Assembly: GCA_963674745.2 (NCBI GenBank)
Contig: CAXXDV010000003.1
Location: forward strand, 2,496,001-2,560,000
DNA: 64,000 nt
Direction: 5' to 3'
From: Desulfosudaceae bacterium
GTDB taxonomy: Bacteria; Desulfobacterota; Desulfobacteria; Desulfobacterales; Desulfosudaceae
In this document: in pieces, positions 47,231 through 57,418 of the stretch
Numbering within the stretch: position 1 is the stretch's first letter
Layout of the letters: every line of letters starts with the position of its first letter
Notes under the pieces: model-generated
Seen by the model: the letters and a program-made list of their open reading frames with translations, nothing else
Told to the model about the DNA's origin: nothing
Database searches by the model: none
Position numbers and translations under genes: made by a program

Positions 47231-49294
47231 TTATCTCTTGCTGCCATAAGGGATACCCAGTTTGTTCATCCTGTTCCGGAGGGTGCCGGGTTTTATTTTC
47301 AGCATTTCAGCAGCGCCCCCGGGGCCGTTTATCTTGCCGCCTGCAAGGGCCAGCACTTTTGTGATATGCTTGATATATACCTTATCCATTTCCAGGTCCT
47401 CATTTTCAGCATTCTCGCTGTCCGGTGAAGCGTTAATCGGCAGCCGGAGGCCAATGTTCTGAAAAGAGAGTGCTCCCCCCTTGCAAAGAATCAATTCCCT
47501 TTCAATAATATTCTCCAGTTCTCTTACGTTACCCGGCCATTCATAATTGAACAGCCTGTCAATGGCATCGGGAGAGAGAGATGGTTTGTTTTTGAGATTC
47601 AGTTCCCGGGATTTCTTCTCAATGAAATGATTCACCAGGGCCGGAATATCCGAACGCCTCAATCTCAGAGGCGGAATCCGGATGGGGAAGACGTTCAGGC
47701 GGAACCACAGGTCCTCCCTGAACTGCCCGGATGCCACCAGTTCTTCCAGGTTGCGATGGGTGGCGGCGATGATGCGGACGTCAACAGGTATGGTTTCCGT
47801 TCCGCCAACACGTTCGATGACTTTATTCTGAATCACCCGGATCAGACGGACCTGGGCCTGGAGGGTCATTTCTGCGATTTCATCCAGAAAGATCGTTCCG
47901 CCATTGGCCCGTTCGAAGCGGCCAATTCCCCGGGATTCAGCGCCGGTGAACGAGCCCTCCTCATGACCGAACAGTTCGCTGTCCACCAGCGTTTCCGGTA
48001 TGGCGCCGCAATTGACCTTGATCAAGGGACCGTCCCTTCTGAATGATTTCCAGTGGATGAAATTAGCAATCATTTCCTTGCCCACGCCGGTTTCACCCAG
48101 CAGCAAGACCGGGCTGTCCTTATTGGCAACGAGACGGGCATTTTCCACAACCGTTTTAAGACCCGAGGTTTCACCGACAAGAATATCCTCCCTGGTCTCC
48201 TGCAGTTCTTCCTGAAGTGCCGCCCTCTCTTGTTCGAGGATATTCTTCAGCTCGATGATTTCGCGGTTCTTGATATGATTTGAAAGCGCCAGGGCAAAAA
48301 GATCATGGAGCATTGAAAACCAGTGCCTGTGTTCTTCCGTATAGGCGTTTTTTCCTTCGGTAATGACGGAAGCGATGCCCAGCGGCTCCCTGTCATGCAT
48401 AAGGAACATGGTAAGCGCCGACCAGTTGGCACCGTACATTTCCACATAACGGTTCAGGGCGGGGAATCTTTCGGGTTGATTGATAATAACAACTTTGGGA
48501 GAAGTTGTCTTTCCCTCGGGACTCAGATGTTCTGTATACCGGGTCAACAGCTCAGTATTGAAATAGTCAAAAACCCCGTTCGGACTGACCCCGATAAAAC
48601 CGTCCATCGGGTTTGTAAAATGCTTGTGAACGGTAAGCATGGCAACCGGCATAAACCGGCTGAGGTATTGCAGGCAGTGCAAAACACCGGCTTCAAGATC
48701 AAGATGACCGCATAACCGTTTGGTGACCTGGCGGAAGAATTCATATTTATCGCCCACAGGTTCTTTCTGACCGGGTCCGGCGGATTTTCCGGCATAATCC
48801 TCAATGACGGCATTCAGAAACCATTTATGCTCATTATACAAACCAAAAACCTGGCGGGCATGGTTTTCTGTAAACCGGTTCCTGCCTCTGGCAACAAAAA
48901 AGATTGCCCCGTAAGCGACAGATCGTTTTTTAAAGACTGTACCCAGCGCAGACCAGTCCGAAAAGCTGAATCCTGTCGCGATATAGTTCCCGATCGGGTC
49001 CATTTCCGGTTCATTAATAATGTATGTGTCTGGCAAGCTCCGGGTTTTCGATAGCTGATGGATTTCTTCGGGAACCGAAAATAAAAAATTTGTTTTCTCA
49101 CAACCTGTGTCAGCGGCCTGGGCAATGAACCGTACCACATGCCGGTCAGAATCATATTGAAACATGTTCATCCGATCAACAGGCAGTATCTGGCGAAGAT
49201 AACCATAGAACGCGTATAGCGCCTCGTAGATGTCCCCGCCCGAGGCTGCATGCCGCATTATCCGTTTCAAATCACTGTCTGGTTTGTTTTTCAT
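47231..49294 (-). CDS. sigma-54 enhancer-binding protein (GSFTGA variant)
   Basis: [31 protein letters not shown], Fis HTH. Confidence 0.93.
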   Translation of the reverse strand: MKNKPDSDLKRIMRHAASGGDIYEALYAFYGYLRQILPVDRMNMFQYDSDRHVVRFIAQAADTGCEKTNFLFSVPEEIHQLSKTRSLPDTYIINEPEMDPIGNYIATGFSFSDWSALGTVFKKRSVAYGAIFFVARGRNRFTENHARQVFGLYNEHKWFLNAVIEDYAGKSAGPGQKEPVGDKYEFFRQVTKRLCGHLDLEAGVLHCLQYLSRFMPVAMLTVHKHFTNPMDGFIGVSPNGVFDYFNTELLTRYTEHLSPEGKTTSPKVVIINQPERFPALNRYVEMYGANWSALTMFLMHDREPLGIASVITEGKNAYTEEHRHWFSMLHDLFALALSNHIKNREIIELKNILEQERAALQEELQETREDILVGETSGLKTVVENARLVANKDSPVLLLGETGVGKEMIANFIHWKSFRRDGPLIKVNCGAIPETLVDSELFGHEEGSFTGAESRGIGRFERANGGTIFLDEIAEMTLQAQVRLIRVIQNKVIERVGGTETIPVDVRIIAATHRNLEELVASGQFREDLWFRLNVFPIRIPPLRLRRSDIPALVNHFIEKKSRELNLKNKPSLSPDAIDRLFNYEWPGNVRELENIIERELILCKGGALSFQNIGLRLPINASPDSENAENEDLEMDKVYIKHITKVLALAGGKINGPGGAAEMLKIKPGTLRNRMNKLGIPYGSKR

Positions 49295-49400
49295 AAATTG
49301 TTCCCGTAATTATTTCAGCCGGGATATCTCATCTTCAGGCCGTCCTGGCACAATTTAATGTAGCGGAGGGCTGCGCCCTCCAAAATTATGGAAGGCTGAA

Positions 49401-51159
49401 CAGGCTGTCCAACAACCTGTTGTTTGAGCCCCCGCGTTCATGTTTGAAAATTGTAAATTTTTCCTTTAAAGATAGCTAAAAAATTAAATTATATACTTGA
49501 TTTTATTGAAAAAATATTATATTTATAACTCCAAGTCAATCTTATTTCGAGGAGTTTATTTTGAGCGTCCGTGAACCCAAAAACGTCAGGCCTTATTGCC
49601 AAAACCAAAGTCTTTTGTTTCCTCCCAACCTGCTGGACTTTATCCAACATGATGACCTCTGCATGGTTGTCGATGATGTCGTCAACACGCTTGATCTCTC
49701 CTGTCTTTACCGCAAAACATCTTATGAAGGGAACATGTCGTATCATCCTAAAATGATGTTGAAAGTCCTGTTCTATTCCTATGCCAGCGGGATCTTCAGT
49801 TCTCGCCGCATTGCCAAAGCGTTGGGTGAAAATATCGCCCTTATCTATCTGGCCGCCTGGCAACGGCCGGACTTCCGCACGGTTAATAACTTCAGGCGCA
49901 ACAATTTAAGCGAGCTTGAGGATTTATTTATTCAAATTGTCCGTCTCTGCCAGCAGCTTAAAATGGTTACACTCGGCCATATATCTATCGATGGTTCCAA
50001 GTTCAAAGCCAATGCCGCGGATCGGCAGTCATATGACCGGGCCCGCATTGAAAAAGAGATGAAGCGTCTTCTGGAAAAGGCGACGGAAAAAGATCGTGAA
50101 GAAGACGCTCTTTACGGTTCGGATAAATCCGGAGATGAACTTCCCGAGGATATCCGGAACCGGAACCGCCGTATCGAAAGATTAAAAAAACTTCGGCAGC
50201 AACTGGATCAGGAAGACAAGAAAAAACTCAATGCTACTGATCCAGAGGCGGTGTTCATGAAAACAAAAAATCGTTTTCAAACATCATACAACGCGCAGGC
50301 CTCGGTCGACGAAACATCTCAGATTGTCATTGCCGCCAAGGTGATCAATACCAACGACCGGGATCAGTTGTTGCCGATGATTGAACAGACAGCACAAAAC
50401 ACACAGGCGTCGGTCCGTATCGTAAGCGCTGATGCCGGTTACAGTTCAGTCAATAACCTTGAAAAACTGGAAGGCATCGAAGGCCTAGACGCTTACATCC
50501 CGGATGATACCTACCAGAGCCACAGCCGCGGGCATAAAGACACGTCTTTTGATAAAAGCAAGTTCATTTATGACGAATCGGCTGATGTGTTTACCTGCCC
50601 TGCCGGCAAGGCCTTAGCGTTCTGGCAAAGCAAGCAGGACAAATGCGCCGACTATCGGGTTTATCGCTGCCGGGAGTGCAAAGTCTGTCCGCATTTTGGA
50701 GAGTGCACCAAAAACAGACGAGGACGGACCATCTGGCGGATGGTGGGAGAAGAACGGATCAAAGCCATGCGCTCAAAGCTGGACAGTGACACCGGCAAGG
50801 CCATTTACGCTAAGCGAAAGCATATAGTCGAGCCTGTCTTCGGGCACATAAAAACAGTCATCGGTTTTACCGGGTTCCACCTGCGGGGGTTACACAAGGT
50901 CAATGGGGAGTTCATGTTGGTGGCCATTGCCCACAATCTGAAAAAAATATCAAAAAAAGGTTACAAAAAAGGGATTGGCCTTACCCCAATGACAGTAAAA
51001 ATGTAATACGGAGGCAGAGGAGCCTGGTTTTATGCTTCCAGCGACAAAAAAGCTTGGCGTCGAGATATTTAAATAAAATTTTCAAAGAGCAGGCGATCAA
51101 CTAACGAAATCGGACCGCATAAAAATCAAAAACATATAGGAAGGCTGCGGGACAGCCTG
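49401..51159 (+). mobile_element. IS1182-family insertion sequence, 1759 bp, 4-bp TGAA target duplication
   Basis: IRL CAGGCTGTCCAACAACCT, IRR (rc) CAGGCTGTCCCGCAGCCT; TGAA at 49397..49400 and 51160..51163. Confidence 0.9.
49561..51006 (+). CDS. IS1182-family transposase
   Basis: YHPKMMLK...SSRRI, PDFRT, IDGSKFKANA, SYNAQ, ADAGY, RKHIVEPVFGHIK, AHNLKK. Confidence 0.93.
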   Translation: MSVREPKNVRPYCQNQSLLFPPNLLDFIQHDDLCMVVDDVVNTLDLSCLYRKTSYEGNMSYHPKMMLKVLFYSYASGIFSSRRIAKALGENIALIYLAAWQRPDFRTVNNFRRNNLSELEDLFIQIVRLCQQLKMVTLGHISIDGSKFKANAADRQSYDRARIEKEMKRLLEKATEKDREEDALYGSDKSGDELPEDIRNRNRRIERLKKLRQQLDQEDKKKLNATDPEAVFMKTKNRFQTSYNAQASVDETSQIVIAAKVINTNDRDQLLPMIEQTAQNTQASVRIVSADAGYSSVNNLEKLEGIEGLDAYIPDDTYQSHSRGHKDTSFDKSKFIYDESADVFTCPAGKALAFWQSKQDKCADYRVYRCRECKVCPHFGECTKNRRGRTIWRMVGEERIKAMRSKLDSDTGKAIYAKRKHIVEPVFGHIKTVIGFTGFHLRGLHKVNGEFMLVAIAHNLKKISKKGYKKGIGLTPMTVKM

Positions 51160-51209
51160 TGAAGCCTTCCGCTACATTGTTTTCTGCATATGGAAAGCGC
51201 AGCATTTTG

Positions 51210-53279
51210 CTATACACGCTTTTTCCGACCATAGGGAATACCCAGTTTCTTCATCCTGTTGCGGAGCGTGCTGGATTTAATATTCAATAATTCCGCAGCA
51301 CCGCCCGGGCCTTCAATCTTCCCGTTTGCAAGCCTCAGGACTTTCTTTACATGCCGGACAAAGACTTCATCCAGCCCTAAGACATCATTGCCCGTGAGCG
51401 CCTCTTCCGGAGCGATTTCATCCGGCTGTTTCAGGCCGATGTCATGGAACGCAAGCGTTTTGCCCCTGTTCAGGAGCAGTTCCCGTTCAATCACATTTTT
51501 CAGTTCGCGTATGTTCCCCGGCCAATCATAAGCGGTCAGCCGCCTCATCGCATCGGGCGACAGAGTCGGTGTGTCATGGAGTTTCAATTCACGGGATTTC
51601 TGTTCAACAAAATAATCCACAAGGGCCGGGATATCCATCTTGCGCGATCTCAGCGGGGGAACCAGGATCGGAAACACATTCAGGCGAAACCACAGGTCTT
51701 CCCTGAACCGGCCGGTCACGACCATTTCATCCAGGTTGCGGTGCGTAGCGGCGATAATACGGACGTCAACGGGCACTATATCGGTACCGCCCACGCGTTC
51801 GATTACCTTGCCCTGCAGAACCCGGAGGAGGCGGACCTGAGCCTGGAGGGGCAGCTCGCCTATTTCATCCAGAAAAATCGTCCCCTTGTCGGCCCTTTCA
51901 AAGCGCCCTTTTTTCTGCTTCACTGCACCTGTGAAGGCGCCCTTCTCATGGCCGAACAGCTCGCTGTCCACCAGCGTATCCGGTATGGCGCCGCAATTCA
52001 CTTTGATAAAGGGCATATTGTTTCGTAACGATTTCCGGTGGATGAAATTCGCTATAAGTTCCTTTCCAACGCCGGTTTCACCTGACAGCAACACCGGGCT
52101 GTCCTGGCCGGATACCAGGAGTGCATTTTCCATCACACCTTTGAGACTGCCCAGATTACCGCCGATAATAGCATCTTCGCTGTTAATATCTAACGCTCTT
52201 TCAAGGTCTTTCTTTTCCTGTTCGATAAGGTTTTTCAGCTGGACGGCTTCGCGGTATTGAATCGTGTTGGAAAGCGCCAGTGCAAACGGGTCGTGAAGCG
52301 ATGAAAATAACGCTTTATGATTTTCATTATAGCGGTTTCGCCCTTCCAATCCGATTCCCGCTATACCGAACAACTCATTCTCGCGAATAAGCGGCATCGT
52401 CATTCCCGAAATGAGCCCGTACAACTCTATATAAGGGCGAAACTCAGGATGATGTTCAGGCTGATTGATAATAAAGGTGGAAAATCGCCCCCTGCTGTCA
52501 AGCGGCAGCAGCGCATCCGGTGTCCAGGGGATAAGCGGCTCCGACCGTTGATGCAAAATCCCCTCGCTCTGCGCCATAACACGGTTTGCCTGCAACCCGG
52601 GTTCAAGCTTCAAAATTAGAAGTACGTCAGCCGGCAGAAAACGGCTGAGATACTGAAGACATCGGGTAGCACCTGTTTGCAGATCCAGATGACCGCAGAG
52701 CCTTAAAGTGACCTGGTGAAAAAATTCATTTTTGCTTTTCACGGGTTCTTTCAGGATGGAAGGGCAGGTATTCTTTTCATCTTCTGAAATAATGGCGTCC
52801 AGAACCCGTTGAAAGGGTTTTCTCAAGGATGTCAGCAGGCGGGTATGTGTTTCGGTCAGTTGATCCCTGCCGGGAGCCCAGAACATTACCGATCCATAGA
52901 TCCTTTTTTCATCTTTAAAGTTCAAGAACAGGGTTGACCAGTCTAAAATCCTGGACCGCTCGCCGAACTCTTTCAATAAAGGTGAAGGGTCGGTTTCCGG
53001 TTGATTTACAATGAGGTTTTCAGGCCACTGCACTCCGGCATCCGGCATTAATTTTTCCGGAACGTCGTACATGAAGCCGGTTTTGCCGCTTCCCCGGGCA
53101 GTAGCCTGTGCGACAACCCGCAACAGCTTTCTGGAATAATCAAATTTGATGATGTTTATTTTGGTTATGGGGGTCACACCTGAAATAGAATGATAAATTT
53201 CAGACAACCCTCCCTCAAGATCGCCTTCCGCGACAGTGCGTCGTACCGATTGCAAAAGAGCGTCGGGATTGATTGTCAT
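51210..53279 (-). CDS. sigma-54 enhancer-binding protein
   Basis: [24 protein letters not shown]; paralog of 20137 and 47231. Confidence 0.95.
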   Translation of the reverse strand: MTINPDALLQSVRRTVAEGDLEGGLSEIYHSISGVTPITKINIIKFDYSRKLLRVVAQATARGSGKTGFMYDVPEKLMPDAGVQWPENLIVNQPETDPSPLLKEFGERSRILDWSTLFLNFKDEKRIYGSVMFWAPGRDQLTETHTRLLTSLRKPFQRVLDAIISEDEKNTCPSILKEPVKSKNEFFHQVTLRLCGHLDLQTGATRCLQYLSRFLPADVLLILKLEPGLQANRVMAQSEGILHQRSEPLIPWTPDALLPLDSRGRFSTFIINQPEHHPEFRPYIELYGLISGMTMPLIRENELFGIAGIGLEGRNRYNENHKALFSSLHDPFALALSNTIQYREAVQLKNLIEQEKKDLERALDINSEDAIIGGNLGSLKGVMENALLVSGQDSPVLLSGETGVGKELIANFIHRKSLRNNMPFIKVNCGAIPDTLVDSELFGHEKGAFTGAVKQKKGRFERADKGTIFLDEIGELPLQAQVRLLRVLQGKVIERVGGTDIVPVDVRIIAATHRNLDEMVVTGRFREDLWFRLNVFPILVPPLRSRKMDIPALVDYFVEQKSRELKLHDTPTLSPDAMRRLTAYDWPGNIRELKNVIERELLLNRGKTLAFHDIGLKQPDEIAPEEALTGNDVLGLDEVFVRHVKKVLRLANGKIEGPGGAAELLNIKSSTLRNRMKKLGIPYGRKKRV

Positions 53280-53463
53280 ATCATCTCCATGGTGGGTTTA
53301 TCCTATAGGAAAACTGACAGTATATTACACCAATCTTCCATATCCGGCAACAGCTTTCCGTATTTGACAGCGCTTGTTTCATATTCGGCAGAAAATCGTT
53401 TGCATTTGCAACCCAAACGCAAGTAAAAATCATAAAATATTGAATTTATTTATTTTATTTTTT

Positions 53464-53479
53464 TGGTACGATTAATGCA
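53464..53479 (+). promoter_or_regulatory. sigma-54 promoter
   Basis: TGGTACGATTAATGCA, divergent from the EBP gene. Confidence 0.72.
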
Positions 53480-53567
53480 TTTCAGAAAGCAATAAAATTG
53501 AATTTGAGTTTTCCAAACGCGGGCTCAAATTGTTTGTTACAAACACCATTGCAAGAGGGGAGAGAAA

Positions 53568-54749
53568 ATGAAGAAAAGTTGCGTATTAAGAAAAACACTG
53601 GTTGTTTCAATATTAACCCTGTTTTTTGTCCTGCCGTCAGCAGCTGTATTTGCAGCAGGGTCTGAGCCGCCGCCGCCACAGGAAAAAGTGTATGACGGAA
53701 AAATTGCGGGGCATAATGTTATTTATGTGCATGGTTTCGACATTAGTGATCTGGCCACTAAACCCTCTGACGAGGATATTTATAATTCTGACAGGCTGGG
53801 TGGTTTCTGGACCGAAGACGAAAGTAAAATACGCCGCATGAACTGGTCGGCCGCCCATCGCGTGGAAGGCCATATCAGCGAACAGATTATGCACCAGGCC
53901 ATCGAGATTGCCGATGAGGGTTTCTGTGACGGGGGATGTGTCATTGTCTCTGAGAGCACGGGAGACCAGGTTACGCGTCATTTTCTGGCCAACCAGGAAA
54001 GATGGATGAGGAATGCCGGTAGAGAACCGCTGAACATCGTTGCCACCATTGATTTTGTCGGTGCCGGCGGCGGCACGGAAGTTGCGAACCTGATCACTGA
54101 TCTTGCAAACTGCTGTTTTATACCCCAAATTTTGAAAGATGCTGCCGGGTTTGTCGTCGGGATGGTTTTAGACTTTGACATAAGTGACTTAAGCGGTTCC
54201 GGTATTGATCCAGAGAACCTCGGCGTTGTTAACGATCTGACCTTTTGCGGTGCCAGGAACCTAGCCACGGCAAACAATGACGTTCCCCGGCTCCGTGTTT
54301 CCGCCGGGAAATTTGCCAATCCAATACTTGAACCTCATCTTGCGGTAATAAATGCTTTTCTGCAGGGCGCTGATGACACCCTTATTCCCGCACACTCTTC
54401 CTGCGGTGCTTCCTCCCCGGACCCTATTGACAGCTGTTCGAGTTGTGTTACCTACCAGGGCAAGCGGACAAATGTGAAAGGCCCGGCCGGTTTGATGATG
54501 AATCATTTTCCGGTCCTGATGGCAAACAACTATGGACACGGTGATGTTACAAATAATAATCCACTTGGTGAGGTGACGTATGTCAATAACGATTTCTCTG
54601 CCGGCCTGGATGTGAGCTTTGACACGTATACGAAACAAGTGACGAGGAACTGGTGGGAGCTCTGGATAGAAGACGGTACCTGGCAGTATGTAACGGACTG
54701 GGACACCAAGTCCCTGTCAAGGCTGGTTTTCGAAAATCTGGATGAGTAA
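53568..54749 (+). CDS. secreted lipase-like alpha/beta hydrolase (paralog of 34930)
   Basis: Signal peptide plus EPPPP; YVHGF, SESTGD, GAGGGT, DDTLIP, YGH. Confidence 0.78.
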   Translation: MKKSCVLRKTLVVSILTLFFVLPSAAVFAAGSEPPPPQEKVYDGKIAGHNVIYVHGFDISDLATKPSDEDIYNSDRLGGFWTEDESKIRRMNWSAAHRVEGHISEQIMHQAIEIADEGFCDGGCVIVSESTGDQVTRHFLANQERWMRNAGREPLNIVATIDFVGAGGGTEVANLITDLANCCFIPQILKDAAGFVVGMVLDFDISDLSGSGIDPENLGVVNDLTFCGARNLATANNDVPRLRVSAGKFANPILEPHLAVINAFLQGADDTLIPAHSSCGASSPDPIDSCSSCVTYQGKRTNVKGPAGLMMNHFPVLMANNYGHGDVTNNNPLGEVTYVNNDFSAGLDVSFDTYTKQVTRNWWELWIEDGTWQYVTDWDTKSLSRLVFENLDE

Positions 54750-54780
54750 TTCGAAAAGTGCCGGAAGTTTCGACATGTAA

Positions 54781-54817
54781 GGCTGCCCTGCAATGTCCGT
54801 TGCAGGGCAGCCTTTTT
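54781..54817 (+). terminator. intrinsic terminator, homologous to 36050
   Basis: GGCTGCCCTGCAA...TTGCAGGGCAGCC-TTTTT. Confidence 0.8.
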
Positions 54818-54912
54818 CCTGGTTCTGTAAATCCATTGCTGTCAGCCAAACCCGATTACCTGGTTGAGCCGGAAACGTCCATTCTTTTGCCAGACTCTGG
54901 AAAGGTCAATAA

Positions 54913-56046
54913 ATGAACAAACGAAAGATAGCCTTCTATTCATTGCCGGCACTTGCCCTGTTTGTTATTGCTGTCGGCGTGGCCCTCTGGTTGGGCAGAT
55001 CCCGGCCTGAAATCCATGCTACGGAGACACCCCGTCCGGCAGCTGCCGTAGAACAACAGCCTGCCCTACAGGCAAAAGAGCCCTCGCTCCCCAAAGCGCC
55101 GCCGGCTGCTGAAAAACCGGAAACCGATGTATTTGATATGCCCGACGCCATGCGCTTTCAGATGGCCGACGTCGCCGAAGCGTACAGGGAAAACATGCGT
55201 TACCCGAAGTACTCGATACCACTTAAAGAAACCGATTGGGACCTGCTTAATCCGCGGCCGTTCATTCCCAGGGAATCTCCCCTGAAAAACGGGCTGTCGG
55301 CCACAATGATCCTTGACCATTATATCGTCAGCCGGAGCAGGGACCTGCCCGTAAAACTCATTATCAGAGGCGGGCAGGAAGACGGAAATTATGCTGTCGA
55401 TGTGGCCCTTTCCCTTTCTGACAAGGGGAAGACACGGCCTTTGATCAGTCTTAATGAATCCGACTGGAATGAGAATACCGTTACTTACACCGGGACCATC
55501 CCCGCAGACAAGCTAAAAGACGCGGGACCGGGCGAGGTGATCATCAACGCCGGGATATCCTTTGCAAATGGCGAAGACGAAAAGGTCGTCACCGTTGTCA
55601 AGCTGTTTGATAATGCAGCGACCCTGACCGATCTTGGCGAACCCTATATTGACGGGGCAGACCTGGTGATACCGGCACACCTGGACGTTCAAACTCCCGG
55701 GCATTACCGTTTCCAGGCCAACCTGTATGACGAATCCGGCCAGCAACCGATCAGTCATTTGAATTCGGAATTTGAGTTGTCCGAAGGGAGCAGTTCCGGG
55801 TTGGTCAGGGTGCATGCCGCCACCTTGAGAAACGGCGGTGATCCGGGTCCGTATCTGCTGAAAGATATCAATGTTACCAAGAGTCCGGAAAACCCGGGTG
55901 AGAGAACGGGTTACGGCTCATCTGCGTCAGATTCTTTCCTTGTTCAGGGGTTTCACTTAAACAGCTACAGCGAGGAGCCCTATGAAAACCCCCAGACCAA
56001 ACAACGGCTGGAATTCCTCCAGAGGTTAGCCGCAGGCAGTGACTAG
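54913..56046 (+). CDS. single-TM partner protein (paralog of 36258)
   Basis: Shared MADxAEAYRxNMxYPKYS and QPISHLNS...LVRVHAATLR. Confidence 0.8.
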   Translation: MNKRKIAFYSLPALALFVIAVGVALWLGRSRPEIHATETPRPAAAVEQQPALQAKEPSLPKAPPAAEKPETDVFDMPDAMRFQMADVAEAYRENMRYPKYSIPLKETDWDLLNPRPFIPRESPLKNGLSATMILDHYIVSRSRDLPVKLIIRGGQEDGNYAVDVALSLSDKGKTRPLISLNESDWNENTVTYTGTIPADKLKDAGPGEVIINAGISFANGEDEKVVTVVKLFDNAATLTDLGEPYIDGADLVIPAHLDVQTPGHYRFQANLYDESGQQPISHLNSEFELSEGSSSGLVRVHAATLRNGGDPGPYLLKDINVTKSPENPGERTGYGSSASDSFLVQGFHLNSYSEEPYENPQTKQRLEFLQRLAAGSD

Positions 56047-56442
56047 CCATTATCTACTATTGTGAATCAATCCGTTATTTTCAGTGGTCATGGCTTGCTG
56101 TGCCGGTTGATCCGGGCAATACCCGGTTTTGCGCGGCTTCAGAAAGATTTTCCAGAATTTCATGAAGCGCTTACCAATGCTGGACACCGCCTGATGAAGA
56201 AACGGAACATTCGAACCACTTGTTTTTCTTAACGCCCGGAAACCGTTGTCCATAATGCCTATGACCGGCAAATTCGAAAAAGATGACGGGTTAAAGACGG
56301 ATTTCCTTTATGCCCCCCCGCCCCGGGCGAGGTGTTTTCCTGCCGGGCAGAAGGCGCTTTTCAAACCATACGTACCATTTTTATCAGCGCCACGATTTTC
56401 GATTCATCCGGGAATGTCCCGGCCATTTTTTAAATTCATTTT

Positions 56443-56478
56443 TTCACAAAATGTCAAAGCATATTCACATATGGTCAA
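56443..56478 (+). promoter_or_regulatory. tandem-repeat operator, copy 6
   Basis: TTCACAAAATGTCAAAGCATATTCACATATGGTCAA. Confidence 0.8.
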
Positions 56479-56552
56479 TACATAACCCTCGAGTATGGCT
56501 TAAATTACTTATTCAACAGGACATTTATTACACACGGGATAAGGAGAGCGGC

Positions 56553-57374
56553 ATGTTTAAAAACAAGACCATACTGATTACCGGCGGATCATCCGGGCTT
56601 GGACTGGGGCTGGCTCAGGCGCTTTTAAAACGGGGCGCGCGCCTGATTCTTCTGGCCCGCACACCTGAAAAACTGGAACAGGCAAAAGAACGCCTGTTAA
56701 AAAACGTTCCCAATGGAAGTATAGATATCGTCCCCGTGGATGTAAGCGACCGCGAGGCGTTACAGGAAGCGCTTGACGATGCCCTGCAGCGGCAACCCTC
56801 CCTGGACATGGTCATCAGCAATGCCGGGATAATAAGGGAAGGTTATTTTGAGAAACTGACAGCAACGGATTTTAAAAAGACATTCGACGCCAACTATTTT
56901 GGCTGTCTTTATGTGGCGCAGATCGTCTTGCCGTATTTAAAAAAGTCACGGGGCCGCCTTATCAACGTTTCATCTGTGGCGGGATTAACCGGGGGGTTTG
57001 GACTTTCCGCCTACGGCTCATCAAAGCATGCGCTGGTAGGACTGACGGAAACATTATGCTACGAACTGAAGCCACAGGGTATCACGGTTCAAATGGTGTG
57101 TCCCCCGGAATTCCTATCTCCCCTGGTTGAGGAACTGAACACCTATCGGACACCGGAAAACCTGGCGCATACACTTATGATACCCAGGCTGTCTCTGGAT
57201 ACGCTGGTAAAAGATACAATAAAAGGCATTGAAAAAAACAAATTCAGGATTATCCCCGGCCGGCGGACACGCCTGATGCTTCTCGGGGCACAGCACTTTC
57301 CCGGTATCAGCCGTCGTATTGCCGACCAGGTAATCAAAAAAGCCTATGTCGGTCCCGATCAACATAACAGTTGA
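56553..57374 (+). CDS. SDR oxidoreductase (close paralog of 8944..9765)
   Basis: Identical start MFKNKTILITGGSSGLG and near-identical end KKAYVGPDQHN. Confidence 0.92.
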   Translation: MFKNKTILITGGSSGLGLGLAQALLKRGARLILLARTPEKLEQAKERLLKNVPNGSIDIVPVDVSDREALQEALDDALQRQPSLDMVISNAGIIREGYFEKLTATDFKKTFDANYFGCLYVAQIVLPYLKKSRGRLINVSSVAGLTGGFGLSAYGSSKHALVGLTETLCYELKPQGITVQMVCPPEFLSPLVEELNTYRTPENLAHTLMIPRLSLDTLVKDTIKGIEKNKFRIIPGRRTRLMLLGAQHFPGISRRIADQVIKKAYVGPDQHNS

Positions 57375-57418
57375 CCCCCCCACAGTGTTTATTCAAACAA
57401 GAGAATCAGGAGGGCTAT

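Noticed and set aside
6411..56478. Repeated 36-bp motif as CRISPR repeats or a small peptide family (FKFIFSQNVK..SHxVNT appears in several track ORFs)
   Set aside because: Copies are kilobases apart with no spacer array or cas genes; the peptide similarity is a by-product of the DNA motif and lacks consistent starts
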